DNA of 64,000 nt from the NCBI GenBank assembly GCA_964016885.1, contig OZ024740.1:302994001-303058000 (forward strand), written 5' to 3'. Positions 43,983 through 55,185 of the stretch are shown here, in pieces. Within the stretch, counting starts at the first letter, position 1, and each line of letters starts with the position of its first letter. The notes under the pieces are model-generated. The model saw only the letters and a list, made by a program, of their open reading frames with translations. It did no database searches and was not told where the DNA came from. The DNA is from Eledone cirrhosa. Lineage: Eukaryota. The position numbers and the translations under genes are program-made.

Positions 43983-44251
43983 ATATCCAGTGCTTTTATC
44001 GAGAATGACATAGCTAGAGACTTATAGAATACTTAGCTGTGTACAGGAACTGGTTTGAAAGAGCGGTTGCCGGTCCGGCAGAAAATAGAATTTGGATATA
44101 ATGCTCTGAAATAGCGATATATATGTGAAGACAAACATAGAATATTCGAAAATATTCTGTATGTTTATAATAAACATTTCGAAGACCCAATCGCTATAGA
44201 ATAGAATACGTCACGTATTACAATTTGAGATTCTCGACAAAAGCAAGGGAA

Positions 44252-44294
44252 GTAACCTACGCGTTTCATTCTTATTAGAAATCATCAGGATTAC
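44252..44294 (-). ncRNA. Type I hammerhead ribozyme (array unit 2)
   Basis: Identical to the unit 1 motif, 312 nt downstream. Confidence 0.88.
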
Positions 44295-44563
44295 ATATCC
44301 AGTGCTTTTATCGAGAATGACACAGCTAGAGACTTATAGAATACTTAGCTGTGTACAGGAACTGGTTTGAAAGAGCGGTTGCCGGTCCGGCAGAAAATAG
44401 AATTTGGATATAATGCTCTGAAATAGCGATATATATGTGAAGACAAACATAGAATATTCGAAAATATTCTGTATGTTTATAATAAACATTTCGAAGACCC
44501 AATCGCTATAGAATAGAATACGTCACGTATTACAATTTGAGATTCTCGACAAAAGCAAGGGAA

Positions 44564-44606
44564 GTAACCTACGCGTTTCATTCTTATTAGAAATCATCAG
44601 GATTAC
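44564..44606 (-). ncRNA. Type I hammerhead ribozyme (array unit 3)
   Basis: Identical to the unit 1 motif, 624 nt downstream. Confidence 0.88.
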
Positions 44607-44910
44607 ATATCCAGTGCTTTTATCGAGAATGACACAGCTAGAGACTGTCAATTTATCGAGAATCTCAAATTGTAATACGTGACGTATTCTATTCTATAGC
44701 GATTGGGTCTTCGAAATGTTTATTATAAACATACAGAATATTTTCGAATATTCTATGTTTGTCTTCACATATATATCGCTATTTCAGAGCATTATATCCA
44801 AATTCTATTTTCTGCCGGACCGGCAACCGCTCTTTCAAACCAGTTCCTGTACACAGCTAAGTATTCTATAAGTCTCTAGCTGTGTCATTCTCGATAAAAG
44901 CACTGGATAT

Positions 44911-44953
44911 GTAATCCTGATGATTTCTAATAAGAATGAAACGCGTAGGTTAC
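44911..44953 (+). ncRNA. Type I hammerhead ribozyme (inverted unit, neurexin sense strand)
   Basis: gtaatcCTGATGAtttctaataagaatGAAACgcGTAggttac; predicted cut 44947/44948; stem I extended by attctcgataaaagca (44887-44902) pairing with tgcttttgtcgagaat (44960-44975). Confidence 0.88.
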
Positions 44954-45109
44954 TTCCCTTGCTTTTGTCGAGAATCTCAAATTGTAATACGTGACGTATT
45001 CTATTCTATAGCGATTGGGTCTTCGAAATGTTTATTATAAACATACAGAATATTTTCGAATATTCTATGTTTGTCTTCACATATATATCGCTATTTCAGA
45101 GCATTATAT

Positions 45110-45165
<56 letters not shown>

Positions 45166-45169
45166 CAAT

Positions 45170-45501
45170 ACATGGCTTAGTGGTTAGAGCATTAGCCTTG
45201 CAACACGAAAGGTTGTGAGTTCAATTCTCAGACCGGGTGATGTGTTGTTTCCTTGAGCAAGACACTTTATTTCACATTGCTCCAGTTTACTCATCTGTAG
45301 AAATGAGATGATAGGGACTGGGGTCCATATCATTCCACTGCAAAGTGGTCGTGGAGGTGCCACGGCAAAAAAGCACCCAGCACTCACTGTAAATGAGGTT
45401 GGTGTTAGGAAGGGCATCCAGCTGTAGAAATCAAGCCAGAATCAGTTCCCGTCCCACCCTTGCAAGCAGGGAAAAAGCGGACGTAAAATGAAATGAAATG
45501 A
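45170..45501 (+). mobile_element. tRNA-derived SINE, family B, with RTE-derived 3' tail
   Basis: tggcttagtggttagagc...gagttcaattct head, ccttgagcaagacactttatttcac core, tail ggttggtgttaggaagggcatccagctgtagaaa shared with the LINE 3'UTR at 3984-4017. Related pieces: 7954-8180(+), 42940-43242(-), 49705-49800(-), 41270-41460(-), 23610-23800(-). Confidence 0.8.
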
Positions 45502-45625
45502 AAAAAACTGATGAAATACCAATGAAGGCTGGAAGATCACTGATGAAGGACTAATTTTATTCATATGTAACCCATTTGCAACCACGCAGCACGCCATTTT
45601 TTCATATATATCTATATAGATAGAT

Positions 45626-45665
<40 letters not shown>

Positions 45666-45741
45666 GTAAAATTGAAGACTAAAATCCAAAGAGGGCGCGA
45701 TAAGGAAAATATATATCAAATATATAAGAACCGTAGAGCAA

Positions 45742-45859
45742 ATATTTATTAAAATAACAGATTAAAGTTTAAGCAAAGAATCGCTGCTTCAGAAGATCCC
45801 GTTAAGGGTGAAAGCAGCGGTTCTTTGCTTAAACTTTAATCTGTTATTTTAATAAATAT
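45742..45859. repeat. Palindrome, about 48-bp arms, spacer resembling hammerhead stem II
   Basis: Spacer CAGAAGA-t-ccc-gttaa-ggg-t-GAAA (one change from CTGAAGA). Confidence 0.75.
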
Positions 45860-45936
45860 ATATAGATAGATAGATCCAAGCATGACAATGCTGACGATAG
45901 AAGCAAAAAGAGAGATGAAAAAGTAGAAACAGGTAA

Positions 45937-46123
45937 TTAGATTTAATTTAACACAATATAACTAAAGTCAATTCCTACCTTGCAAAGTAGGAAGTTCTTT
46001 GTATACCAACATCTTGATATAACAGTGGAATCTAAACCTCCATTATATCAGCACGTAGGTGTACAAAGAACGTCTTACTTTGCAAGTTGGGAATTGACTT
46101 TATGTTCTATTAAATTAAATCTG
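45937..46123. repeat. Diverged palindrome of about 185 bp
   Basis: taaagtcaattcctaccttgcaaagtaggaagttctttgtatacc pairs with ggtgtacaaagaacgtcttactttgcaagttgggaattgacttta. Confidence 0.75.
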
Positions 46124-46593
46124 ATTTCTAAATGCTTCTGAAGTTATATTTTCCTTTCTTTTGTTATAATTTTTAATTTATTTTTTGCTTATACAAGTTA
46201 CTCATAATATCCTTTCCATGATTATTTGTATAATCCATAATCTTATATTACTCTCGAAATATGTGTACGGCATTAAAATTGTTTTAAAACTAGTTTTCTA
46301 TCTTTATAGTTGTTTATATATGCTGTGTGGTTATGTGTGTTTTTCCAAACTTTGTTTTTACCTAAGAATCTCCACAATCTTCCAAACAATAATATATAAA
46401 CACATTGAGCTAATTCAAGTATGGTTTGTTAATTTGTTGTGGAACTGACCATATACTGAACTCGGCCTTTGGATATACCCTCCCGTATTTTCACTACTAT
46501 ATATGTATATATATATGTGTCTGATAGTAGCTAAGATGCTTCCATAGGTGGTATGCCGGTTGAGCACTCTATGCTCTTACAGAGCAGAGTATG

Positions 46594-46716
46594 ATAGAAG
46601 AGAAAACGAAAAATCATCTGAACTCAATTTATTGTGTGTTACAATTGTTTCGCCAGCGGAACAATTGTAAAACACAATAAATTGAGTTCAGATGCATCAC
46701 TGATTTTTCGTTTTCT

Positions 46717-46723
<7 letters not shown>
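46594..46723. repeat. Short palindrome of the 53232 family
   Basis: aatttattgtgtgttacaattgtttcg / cggaacaattgtaaaacacaataaatt arms; ends at (TA)n. Confidence 0.78.
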
Positions 46724-46772
<49 letters not shown>

Positions 46773-46912
46773 CAAAGAGATATTTAATTTGTTGGTTATT
46801 CAACAAATTTATTTATAACAGATTAGATTTGAAATTTTTCTTTCCCTATCCAAACTGAACCTGAACCGATAAGGGTTCTTGGGTATGTCACCATTTATAA
46901 AACAAATTTTGT

Positions 46913-46971
46913 ATTTTATCTGATGAGAGCGTACCAAAATTTTGATACCCTTGAAATATATATAATAAAAT
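46913..46971 (+). ncRNA. Type I hammerhead ribozyme, imperfect stem II
   Basis: attttat-CTGATGA-gagcgtaccaaaattttgataccctt-GAAA-tatata-TA-ataaaat; 7-bp stem I, stem II with two mismatches. Confidence 0.75.
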
Positions 46972-47026
46972 AAATATGGTTTTATAAATATAGTTTCCAT
47001 TTATTAATATCATTGATATACATATA

Positions 47027-47216
47027 TAATTGTTTCTACTATTGGCACAAGGCCAGCAATTATCCAGTATATTACTGGTACTTTATTTTATCGACCCCGT
47101 AAGGATGAAAGGCAAAGTTAATCTTGGCGGGATTTGAACTCAAAATGGCAAGGGCCGGGACTCTATGTGTCAAAGCATGGAGCCCGACCCTCTACTGATA
47201 CTGCCAATTCACCACC
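47027..47216 (-). mobile_element. tRNA-derived SINE, family A
   Basis: Full-length reverse-complement copy. Confidence 0.85.
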
Positions 47217-47321
47217 CTCTGTCTGCATATATTATGCAACAATGCATAATCGCAACATATATATATATATACACACACACACATATATATATATATATTA
47301 TAGGTGTGTGTATGAATAACG

Positions 47322-47426
47322 TTTTATTACATCAATAGTACATTTTCCAAATACACATATTTCACAAGGAGAATATTCTTCCCAGTGAAACATGTATTCA
47401 GAAAATATACTGTTGAAGTAATAAAA
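47322..47426. repeat. Diverged palindrome with a hammerhead-like 3' half
   Basis: ttttattacatcaatagtacattttc / gaaaatatactgttgaagtaataaaa arms; right arm has gtGAAAC-at-GTA followed by AATAAA. Confidence 0.65.
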
Positions 47427-47668
47427 TATTCTTTAGAGTATAACACATCTATTGGATTGTGTTTTTACATATTTGATATTTGTTATGAAATACAAGTCCA
47501 CTAAATATATACATACATATATATAAATATATATGTGTGTGTGAAATTGATGGCCACATGAATGAGTACTCAATACCAAAATAGAGTAATATTATTCTTT
47601 ATTATAGATGGCTACATCACAAGTCTTGTTACTTTGGATTTTCACTTGAGTAATCACAGGATATGCAG

Positions 47669-47762
<94 letters not shown>

Positions 47763-47767
<5 letters not shown>

Positions 47768-47885
47768 AACCAGTAAGACCCCGACAGCTGAGCTCAAGCC
47801 GTTTCGACGGCTAATTCTGGACTTAGTCCAGAATTAGCCGTCGAAACGGCTTGAGCTCAGCTGTCGGGGTCTTACTAGTTCCTAT
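47763..47885. repeat. Palindrome, 61-bp arms (1 mismatch), with hammerhead 3' half
   Basis: Centre at 47824; each arm carries cGAAACggct-tgagctc-agctGTC-ggggtc (stem III plus GUC). Related fragment at about 42017-42054. Confidence 0.85.
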
Positions 47886-47961
47886 TACCCACTCTACTAC
47901 CTCAAGTATTGAGTACTTTGGTGCGTTATGGTCCACCTGGTTCCTTACCACATTTCCTTTG

Positions 47962-48022
<61 letters not shown>

Positions 48023-48168
48023 TATATGTGTGTGTGGGTGGGTGTGTACATATGTATGTATGTGTGCGCGTGTGTGTATTGTGTTAAGTGATGTTGTAGA
48101 ACAAAGAAAGAAACCTGAGCACTGTATATAATGAACTGGAATATTATAGTATAACAAAATTCAACACA

Positions 48169-48420
48169 GGGTAGTTGCTAACATTAGCGTAGAGTTACGT
48201 CCCTTTATGATCTGAGTTCAAATCCCGGCGAGGTTAACTTTGCCTTTCATCCTTACAGGGTCGATAAAATAAAGTACCAGTAATGTACTGGGTAATTGCT
48301 GGCCTTGTGCCAAAAGTAGAAACAATTATTATTGGCAGTATCGATAGAGGGTCAGACACCATGCTTTGACGCATAGAGTTACGGCCCTTTCCATCCTGAG
48401 TTCAAATCTTTGCCTTTCAT
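48169..48420 (+). mobile_element. tRNA-derived SINE, family A: one copy plus a second partial head
   Basis: Shares core and tail with 56672; second head starts about 48331. Confidence 0.8.
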
Positions 48421-48470
48421 GTATGCCTACATGGCGTAGGCATACAATACAACAGGAGGAAACATAATAG

Positions 48471-48513
48471 CACCACTGACGATGTTGCAGATGTGCAACG
48501 AAAGAACTTTGTT
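48471..48513 (+). ncRNA. Degenerate hammerhead ribozyme
   Basis: cacca-CTGACGA-t-gttgca-gatg-tgcaac-GAAA-gaac-TT-tgtt; perfect 6-bp stem II, weak stems I and III. Confidence 0.6.
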
Positions 48514-49342
48514 AGACTATATATATGTGTTTGTGTCTATATTATATCTGTATTTTTGACCGAATAAATTAAATTGACCGATATAAAAGACACAGAAGCG
48601 AAAACCAACCAAACAGTGAGTGTGTTCTGTTATTAATTCTGGCAATATTATTACACAAATATGACTCTCCCCAAGTATAACTATATATTTATATACATAT
48701 ATGTCTGGAAAAGAAATTGAAAATGCAACTGGAATCTTTTAAAAAAAATTATTTACTTTATCAGTTTCACAGTTCTTGTGATTTTCAAAAGTAAAATTGA
48801 GAGGGAGGGTTTGTGTTTCTGTTGTGGTTTGTCGGAGTTCCAACACTCTTTCTGTTTTATACAAAAACGTGGCTCTGATTGCTATTTGTTTCAAGTATAA
48901 TTTGGTTGGTTGATGATTAGGTACAGTAATTTTTGTGCCAAAAACGGATGGTCAGAAAGTGAGAGAAGAGAAGAAGAATTGGAGTGTTCTGGTTTAGTGA
49001 GAATGGCTGAGGAATGTCAAATTTTAAGGTGTGTCAAATTTCAGAATTCCTATTGTAGTAGAGTCATAAATTATTGAATGTATAAGGAAATTGTTTATAT
49101 GTCTGTGTCCCATGATGATGATGATGATAGTGGTGGCGATGGTGATGGCAACGTATTAAGAATTTGGATGGGATTATTTGTTGGAAAATGAAAATATCTG
49201 TATTTGTGTGTGCTCTTGTGTGTGTAGCAATAGCAGTTTATCACCTAAATAATAATAACAGTAATAAAATTGATTCCATTGGTAAAATTGAGATGGATGT
49301 GTGTGTATGTGTTTGTGTGTGTGTTGATGGCTAGCATATGTA

Positions 49343-49374
<32 letters not shown>

Positions 49375-49381
49375 GTACAAA

Positions 49382-49411
49382 CTGAGGATCCACTAAGGTG
49401 AAACAATTGTT
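49382..49411 (+). ncRNA. Degenerate hammerhead ribozyme core
   Basis: CTGAGGA-t-cc-actaa-gg-t-GAAAC-aatt-GTT; same GAAACAATTGT stem III as other copies; stem I no longer pairs. Confidence 0.55.
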
Positions 49412-49511
49412 CTCGGTATGATGAACTAACTGTTGTGTTACCACTTCTACCTAACTCATCCCATGGACTGAGTGCTCTACCACTACACATATTACCTTCC
49501 AGTGTTCTACC

Positions 49512-49544
<33 letters not shown>

Positions 49545-49571
49545 ATATATATATATATATATATATGTACA

Positions 49572-49605
<34 letters not shown>

Positions 49606-49802
49606 CATAAAAGGAACGATCGACTTTCGTCAAATCGGACCGAGGGAACAATGTTTCCGTTGGTCTTTCCAATTGCTAATACTATCTATCGGTCACAACT
49701 CCAGGTAGAAGGAGCAACGTGAAATAAAGTGCCTTGCTCAAGGACATAACACATCGCCTGGTCCAGGAATCGAACTCACAACCTTACGATTGCGAATCCA
49801 AT

Positions 49803-49897
<95 letters not shown>

Positions 49898-49916
49898 CAT
49901 ATATATATATATACAT

Positions 49917-49954
<38 letters not shown>

Positions 49955-49998
49955 AAGTTAAATAAAAGTCAAATGATTAAAATTTAGCTTCGTTTATT

Positions 49999-50053
49999 AC
50001 TGCTATATATATTTCAGTGACAGCCATCTTTGGCTGTGACCTCTTCAGGCAGT
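49999..50053 (-). ncRNA. Type I hammerhead ribozyme (mirror copy in the palindrome)
   Basis: Exact reverse complement of 50076-50130. Confidence 0.85.
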
Positions 50054-50075
50054 TTGAATTAGGATACTAATTCAA

Positions 50076-50130
50076 ACTGCCTGAAGAGGTCACAGCCAAA
50101 GATGGCTGTCACTGAAATATATATAGCAGT
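50076..50130 (+). ncRNA. Type I hammerhead ribozyme
   Basis: actgc-CTGAAGA-ggtcacagcca-aaga-tggctgtcact-GAAA-tatata-TA-gcagt, then AATAAA; 5-bp stem I, about 10-bp stem II, palindromic minimal stem III. Confidence 0.85.
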
Positions 50131-51266
50131 AATAAACGAAGCTAAATTTTAATCATTTGACTTTTATTTAACTTTATTTTACACTACTCCGGAATAACCA
50201 AACCAACCTGCGCACTTCGTCGAGTGCTCCAGCCTGCATACTGAGGTGTTGGTATACAACCAACATAAACTCAAAATCTATATATATATATATATGTGTA
50301 TGTATAAACACACACACTTGCACATCTTTCATGTATAGTAGTGTATTAACACTTTCAGATCAACCCCAGTCAGCTCATCAGTTGCATTAAAGCAATCTTC
50401 ATGTTAGCAGGTTTAGATTGCTTCAACTTCTACAGTGAATTTACAACTGTGTAGTGAATATAAATGAAATCAAAGTTCAGATGTATAACGACAAATGTTC
50501 TTCACATAGCTGGTTTCTTTGCAAAATACATCGCAGCAGTCATATGTACAATTTTGCCATCTGAGATATATGTGCATGAGACAACACATACTTACTTATA
50601 TTCATTATATGTATTTGAAATTTGCAAATATATTTGCCACCTGGCAAATAACTACAATAATAGTTGAATAATTTGCATAAACACACTCTCAAAGCATATG
50701 AGAGAGGTGTTGTTTGATTTCCTGCATGCATCAGAGTTCACTTTTTTTCACTTCATGAGGTAATTTATTCAACTACTATTATTATAGTTATTTGCATTGT
50801 GTCAAATATGTTTATATATTTCAAATTTCCCAAATGCTTCATAGGTCAACCAATCATATTTTCACTTCTAGCTTCTTGTATATACTTAAATCTTCTAAAC
50901 AAGGAACATTTGGCATAATTCTTAAATATGTACATCAGGTATACGAAAGTTGCACTGATCAATTCCCCACACTTGGCTCTCTGTCCACTTTTTTCTGTCC
51001 CCAGGGGTACTTAACATGCTTTATTCAAATATCAATGTAGCTATTTGCATTGTGGTTAATGTATGTTCAAATTCCAAATTTCTAAAGGATTTGTAATTCA
51101 AATAATTGTTTCTACTTTAGGCACAAGGCCAGCAATTACCCAGTGCATTACTGGTACTTTATTTTATCGACCCCGTAAGGATGAAAGGCAAAGTCAATTC
51201 AAATAATGTTCTTTGTATATATATATATATACATATATATATACTTATATATATATATATATAAAA

Positions 51267-51300
<34 letters not shown>

Positions 51301-51421
51301 TTATATATATATATAAAAGTATATATATATATAAGTATATATATATAGATATACATACATATATACATATATATTTACATGTAGGATTTATGCATATATG
51401 TATATATAATTATATATATAT

Positions 51422-51452
<31 letters not shown>

Positions 51453-51483
51453 TATATATATATATTATATTTATTATATATAT

Positions 51484-51518
<35 letters not shown>

Positions 51519-51618
51519 AAAAGTATATATATATATAAGTATATATATATAGATATACATACATATATACATATATATTTACATGTAGGATTTATGCATA
51601 TATGTATATATAATTATA

Positions 51619-51664
<46 letters not shown>

Positions 51665-51690
51665 TATATATATATATATTATATTTATTA

Positions 51691-51773
<83 letters not shown>

Positions 51774-53081
51774 CAAAAGAAAAGAAAGGAACAATCAAAT
51801 GGTTTCATGACCGTAAATAAAACTGGTTCTTGCATGTATCTGAAATGAAGAAGAAAGTGAACTGGCATGATACATCGCTATTGCTACAAAAAATGACTGC
51901 ACACCAATGAATGATCTGCATCATCTGCTCCAACATAGCTGAGAGTTAAAATTTTTAGTAAACTTTATCAGCAAAAGAATCTCTAGTTTATCTTACAACA
52001 TAGATATCTTTGACAGGGCTGAGACATATTGCCATGAGGCACTAAGAAATGTGGATTTGAGGCAAAGTTAACATACATAGAACACCAGTCCCACTGAAAC
52101 AATGTCAAATATCCTATGCAGGATCTTGCATTTTGACGGCTATGATATACAGAATACCTCCAACTGACATCAAAAGAAATTATATTGGTCTAACAGCCAA
52201 TTAGTTCAAGGATATGTTTACCCAGCATGCACACCTCTTTAATTGGTAGAGCAGGGAAAATTTTAACTCTTTGACTTGTTTAATCTGGAGGTTCTAGGAA
52301 CAGAAGGACAACATCCCCTGCAGATGGAGTATTCTAAACAGTGTACCCCAGACACCACTACTGCTACTTTTACTTGTGTGTTGACCATAATTTAGAGCAA
52401 CTTGTAATATTCATCAACAGCAAAACTAAACTATTTTGCTGCTATTGGAGAAAAACTTGTTAGACAACTTCAAGCGACTGGCCTCAGATACCATACAAGA
52501 ACCACCTTAGCACTAGCTATTTTTGTGCATTTGTGGTGCAAAGAGCTCTCTCCCTAAAACTGGCATAGCAAAAGAACTTCATCAATTCACAGCATATATA
52601 CCAGACGGACATCTCTACCTAAATTTAAACCAACCTCACACCAGTAGGAAAATAAAAAAGTGATAAATATATTGACACTGTACCAACATCAGTTACTCAA
52701 AATACTGTTTTACATGCTTACAAACTCTGTTGGAGCAGATGATGCAGTTTGATCAGCCACCATGTTGTTATGTCATGTTACCATAGTAGATATAACACCA
52801 TGGGTTCTTAAAATACAATTTCACCAACTTCGTTATTTCAAATTTCACTTATCTCAAATAGCTGACCATCTTTATAGCCACAAAAATATTTGTTAATGCA
52901 AAAATAAGTTAAACTGTTAATATATATATATATATATATATATAATATACAGAATTATATTTAAATATATACTTATATATAAATATATATATATAATATA
53001 CAGAATTATATTTAAATATATACTTATATATAAATATATATATATATATATAATATACAGAATTATATTTAAATATATACT

Positions 53082-53146
<65 letters not shown>

Positions 53147-53231
53147 GTGTGTATACTGGTAGCTATGGTGGGTGCTTCCATAGGCAGTATGCCAAAATTA
53201 GCACTCAATATTCATACAGAGCAGAGTGTGG

Positions 53232-53542
53232 ATAGTATAAAAATACGAAAAATCAGTGATACATCTGGACTCAGTTTATTGCGTGTTACAATTGTTTCGC
53301 AGCAGGTAGCTTGAGACATGATCACTGTATGGATCTGGCTGATTCTACGGCTGCAGGTTCCTTTGGACACAGACTGTTCGTTCAGAGCAAATTTTCACAG
53401 TGAGAAAATTTGCTCTGAAGGAACCTGCAGCTGTAGAATCAACCAGATCCATACAGTGATAATGTCTCGTGCTACCTGCCACGAAACAATTGTAACATGC
53501 AATAAACTGAGTCCAGATGTATCACTGATTTTTCGTTTTTTA

Positions 53543-53548
<6 letters not shown>
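53232..53548. repeat. Imperfect 317-bp palindrome with degenerate hammerheads
   Basis: Both arms carry (c/a)atgt...cGAAAC-aatt-GTA-aca(t/c)g-c-AATAAA; shorter family member at 46594-46723 with the same upstream flank (gcttccatagg...cagagcagagt). Confidence 0.8.
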
Positions 53549-53589
<41 letters not shown>

Positions 53590-53606
53590 TGATTACACAC
53601 AACACA

Positions 53607-53776
53607 TTAGTAGAGTTTAAACATCATTATTTAATATAGAAATGCCTTCTACGAGACTAGAACTGTTTCATTCATATGAAATCATCATACATTCCTGATG
53701 ATTTCATACGAAAGAAACAGTTCTTGTCCACTAGAAGCTATTTCTATATTAAGTAATGATGTCCACACTCTACTAA
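53607..53776. repeat. Imperfect palindrome with hammerhead core; multi-copy family
   Basis: CTGATGA-tttc-atac-gaaa-GAAAC-ag-ttc-tt-GTC at 53695-53728, mirrored in the left arm. Diverged copies at about 40110-40275, 53983-54145, 56940-57040 and 33908-34012 share the tail gattaccttattaactgtggttaccc. Confidence 0.75.
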
Positions 53777-53836
53777 TATATTGATTACCTTATTTAGTGT
53801 GGTTACCCTCGATTTAACATGGGATCTACTTATACA

Positions 53837-53915
<79 letters not shown>

Positions 53916-54570
53916 TTATATATATATATATATATATGTTATATATTTTTTATATATTTGTATATATATATATAATTTCAGCTGGAAATGACTTCTATGA
54001 GACTAGTTATGATTCATGTAGTTGAAATCATCAGAAACTTGTTAATGATTTCAAGCAAAAGATATAGTACTAACCATGTAGAAATCATTACCATCTGAAA
54101 CAAATTGTGTATCTACTGTATTAAGTACCTTATTAAACTGTAATCTTTTCCTCTCCCTCTATGGAAATGCTTCTATACATTTGTTTGTGTGTGTATGTGT
54201 GCGTGTGTGATTGAGTGTGTGTAAATATGCACATATTAATACAGTTTTGTATGTTATGTGTGTTTGTATCTATGTATGTATCCATGTGTATTTTTATTTA
54301 TTTCTAAAGAAATTAGTGAAAAATAATATTACATTGCATTTCTAATTCGTAATTTTGTTGGTTTTCTTTTTCCTTTATTGCTGAAATCTTAAAAGTTGTG
54401 CTTTTTATGAATATTCATTCTCTCATACATTATTTGTTTTATTTATTGTATAATGAATTAATTCCACAATTACCTTAAGAAAATAAGTTATTTATGAATG
54501 TAGGCATATATATATATGTGTGTGTGTGTGTGTTTGTGTGTTTGTGTATGTGTGAGTATGTGTGTGTGTG

Positions 54571-54601
<31 letters not shown>

Positions 54602-54602
54602 T

Positions 54603-54668
<66 letters not shown>

Positions 54669-54865
54669 TATATACACATATATATACATATATTTAATAT
54701 ACACATATATATACATGTGTCCCACCCTTGCAAGCAGGGAAAAGCGGACGTAAAATGATGATGATGATGTGCACAGATATACCTGTATATATACATATAT
54801 AAGCATATATATATACCTATATATATATATATATATATATGCATATATATATATATATATATGTA

Positions 54866-54921
<56 letters not shown>

Positions 54922-54934
54922 CATATATATATAA

Positions 54935-54982
<48 letters not shown>

Positions 54983-55113
54983 CATATGTATATATATATA
55001 TATATATATATATGTAAATATATATTATTTACATATATATATACATATATTTATTTATATATATATATATATTGATATATATATACATATATATATACAC
55101 ATATATATATATA

Positions 55114-55185
<72 letters not shown>

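Larger units (their letters stand above)
43815..45112. mobile_element. Tandem 312-bp hammerhead-containing repeat (retrozyme / Penelope pLTR-like): about 2.7 direct units then about 1.5 inverted units
   Basis: Unit starts at 43815, 44127, 44439 (period 312), near-identical; inverted block 44656-45112; (TA)n on both flanks; one hammerhead per unit. Confidence 0.85.
49948..50181. repeat. Perfect palindrome, 115-bp arms, 4-nt loop, one hammerhead per arm
   Basis: Arms are exact reverse complements around gata at 50063-50066; begins at the edge of a (TA)n tract. Confidence 0.92.

Noticed and set aside
43815-45112. CRISPR-like array
   Set aside because: Whole 312-bp units are identical with no unique spacers; eukaryotic intron, no cas genes.
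45170-45245. tRNA gene
   Set aside because: tRNA-like head continues directly into a SINE core seen in several copies.
50340-50385. Minus-strand CTGATGA...GAAA
   Set aside because: Helices do not pair convincingly.
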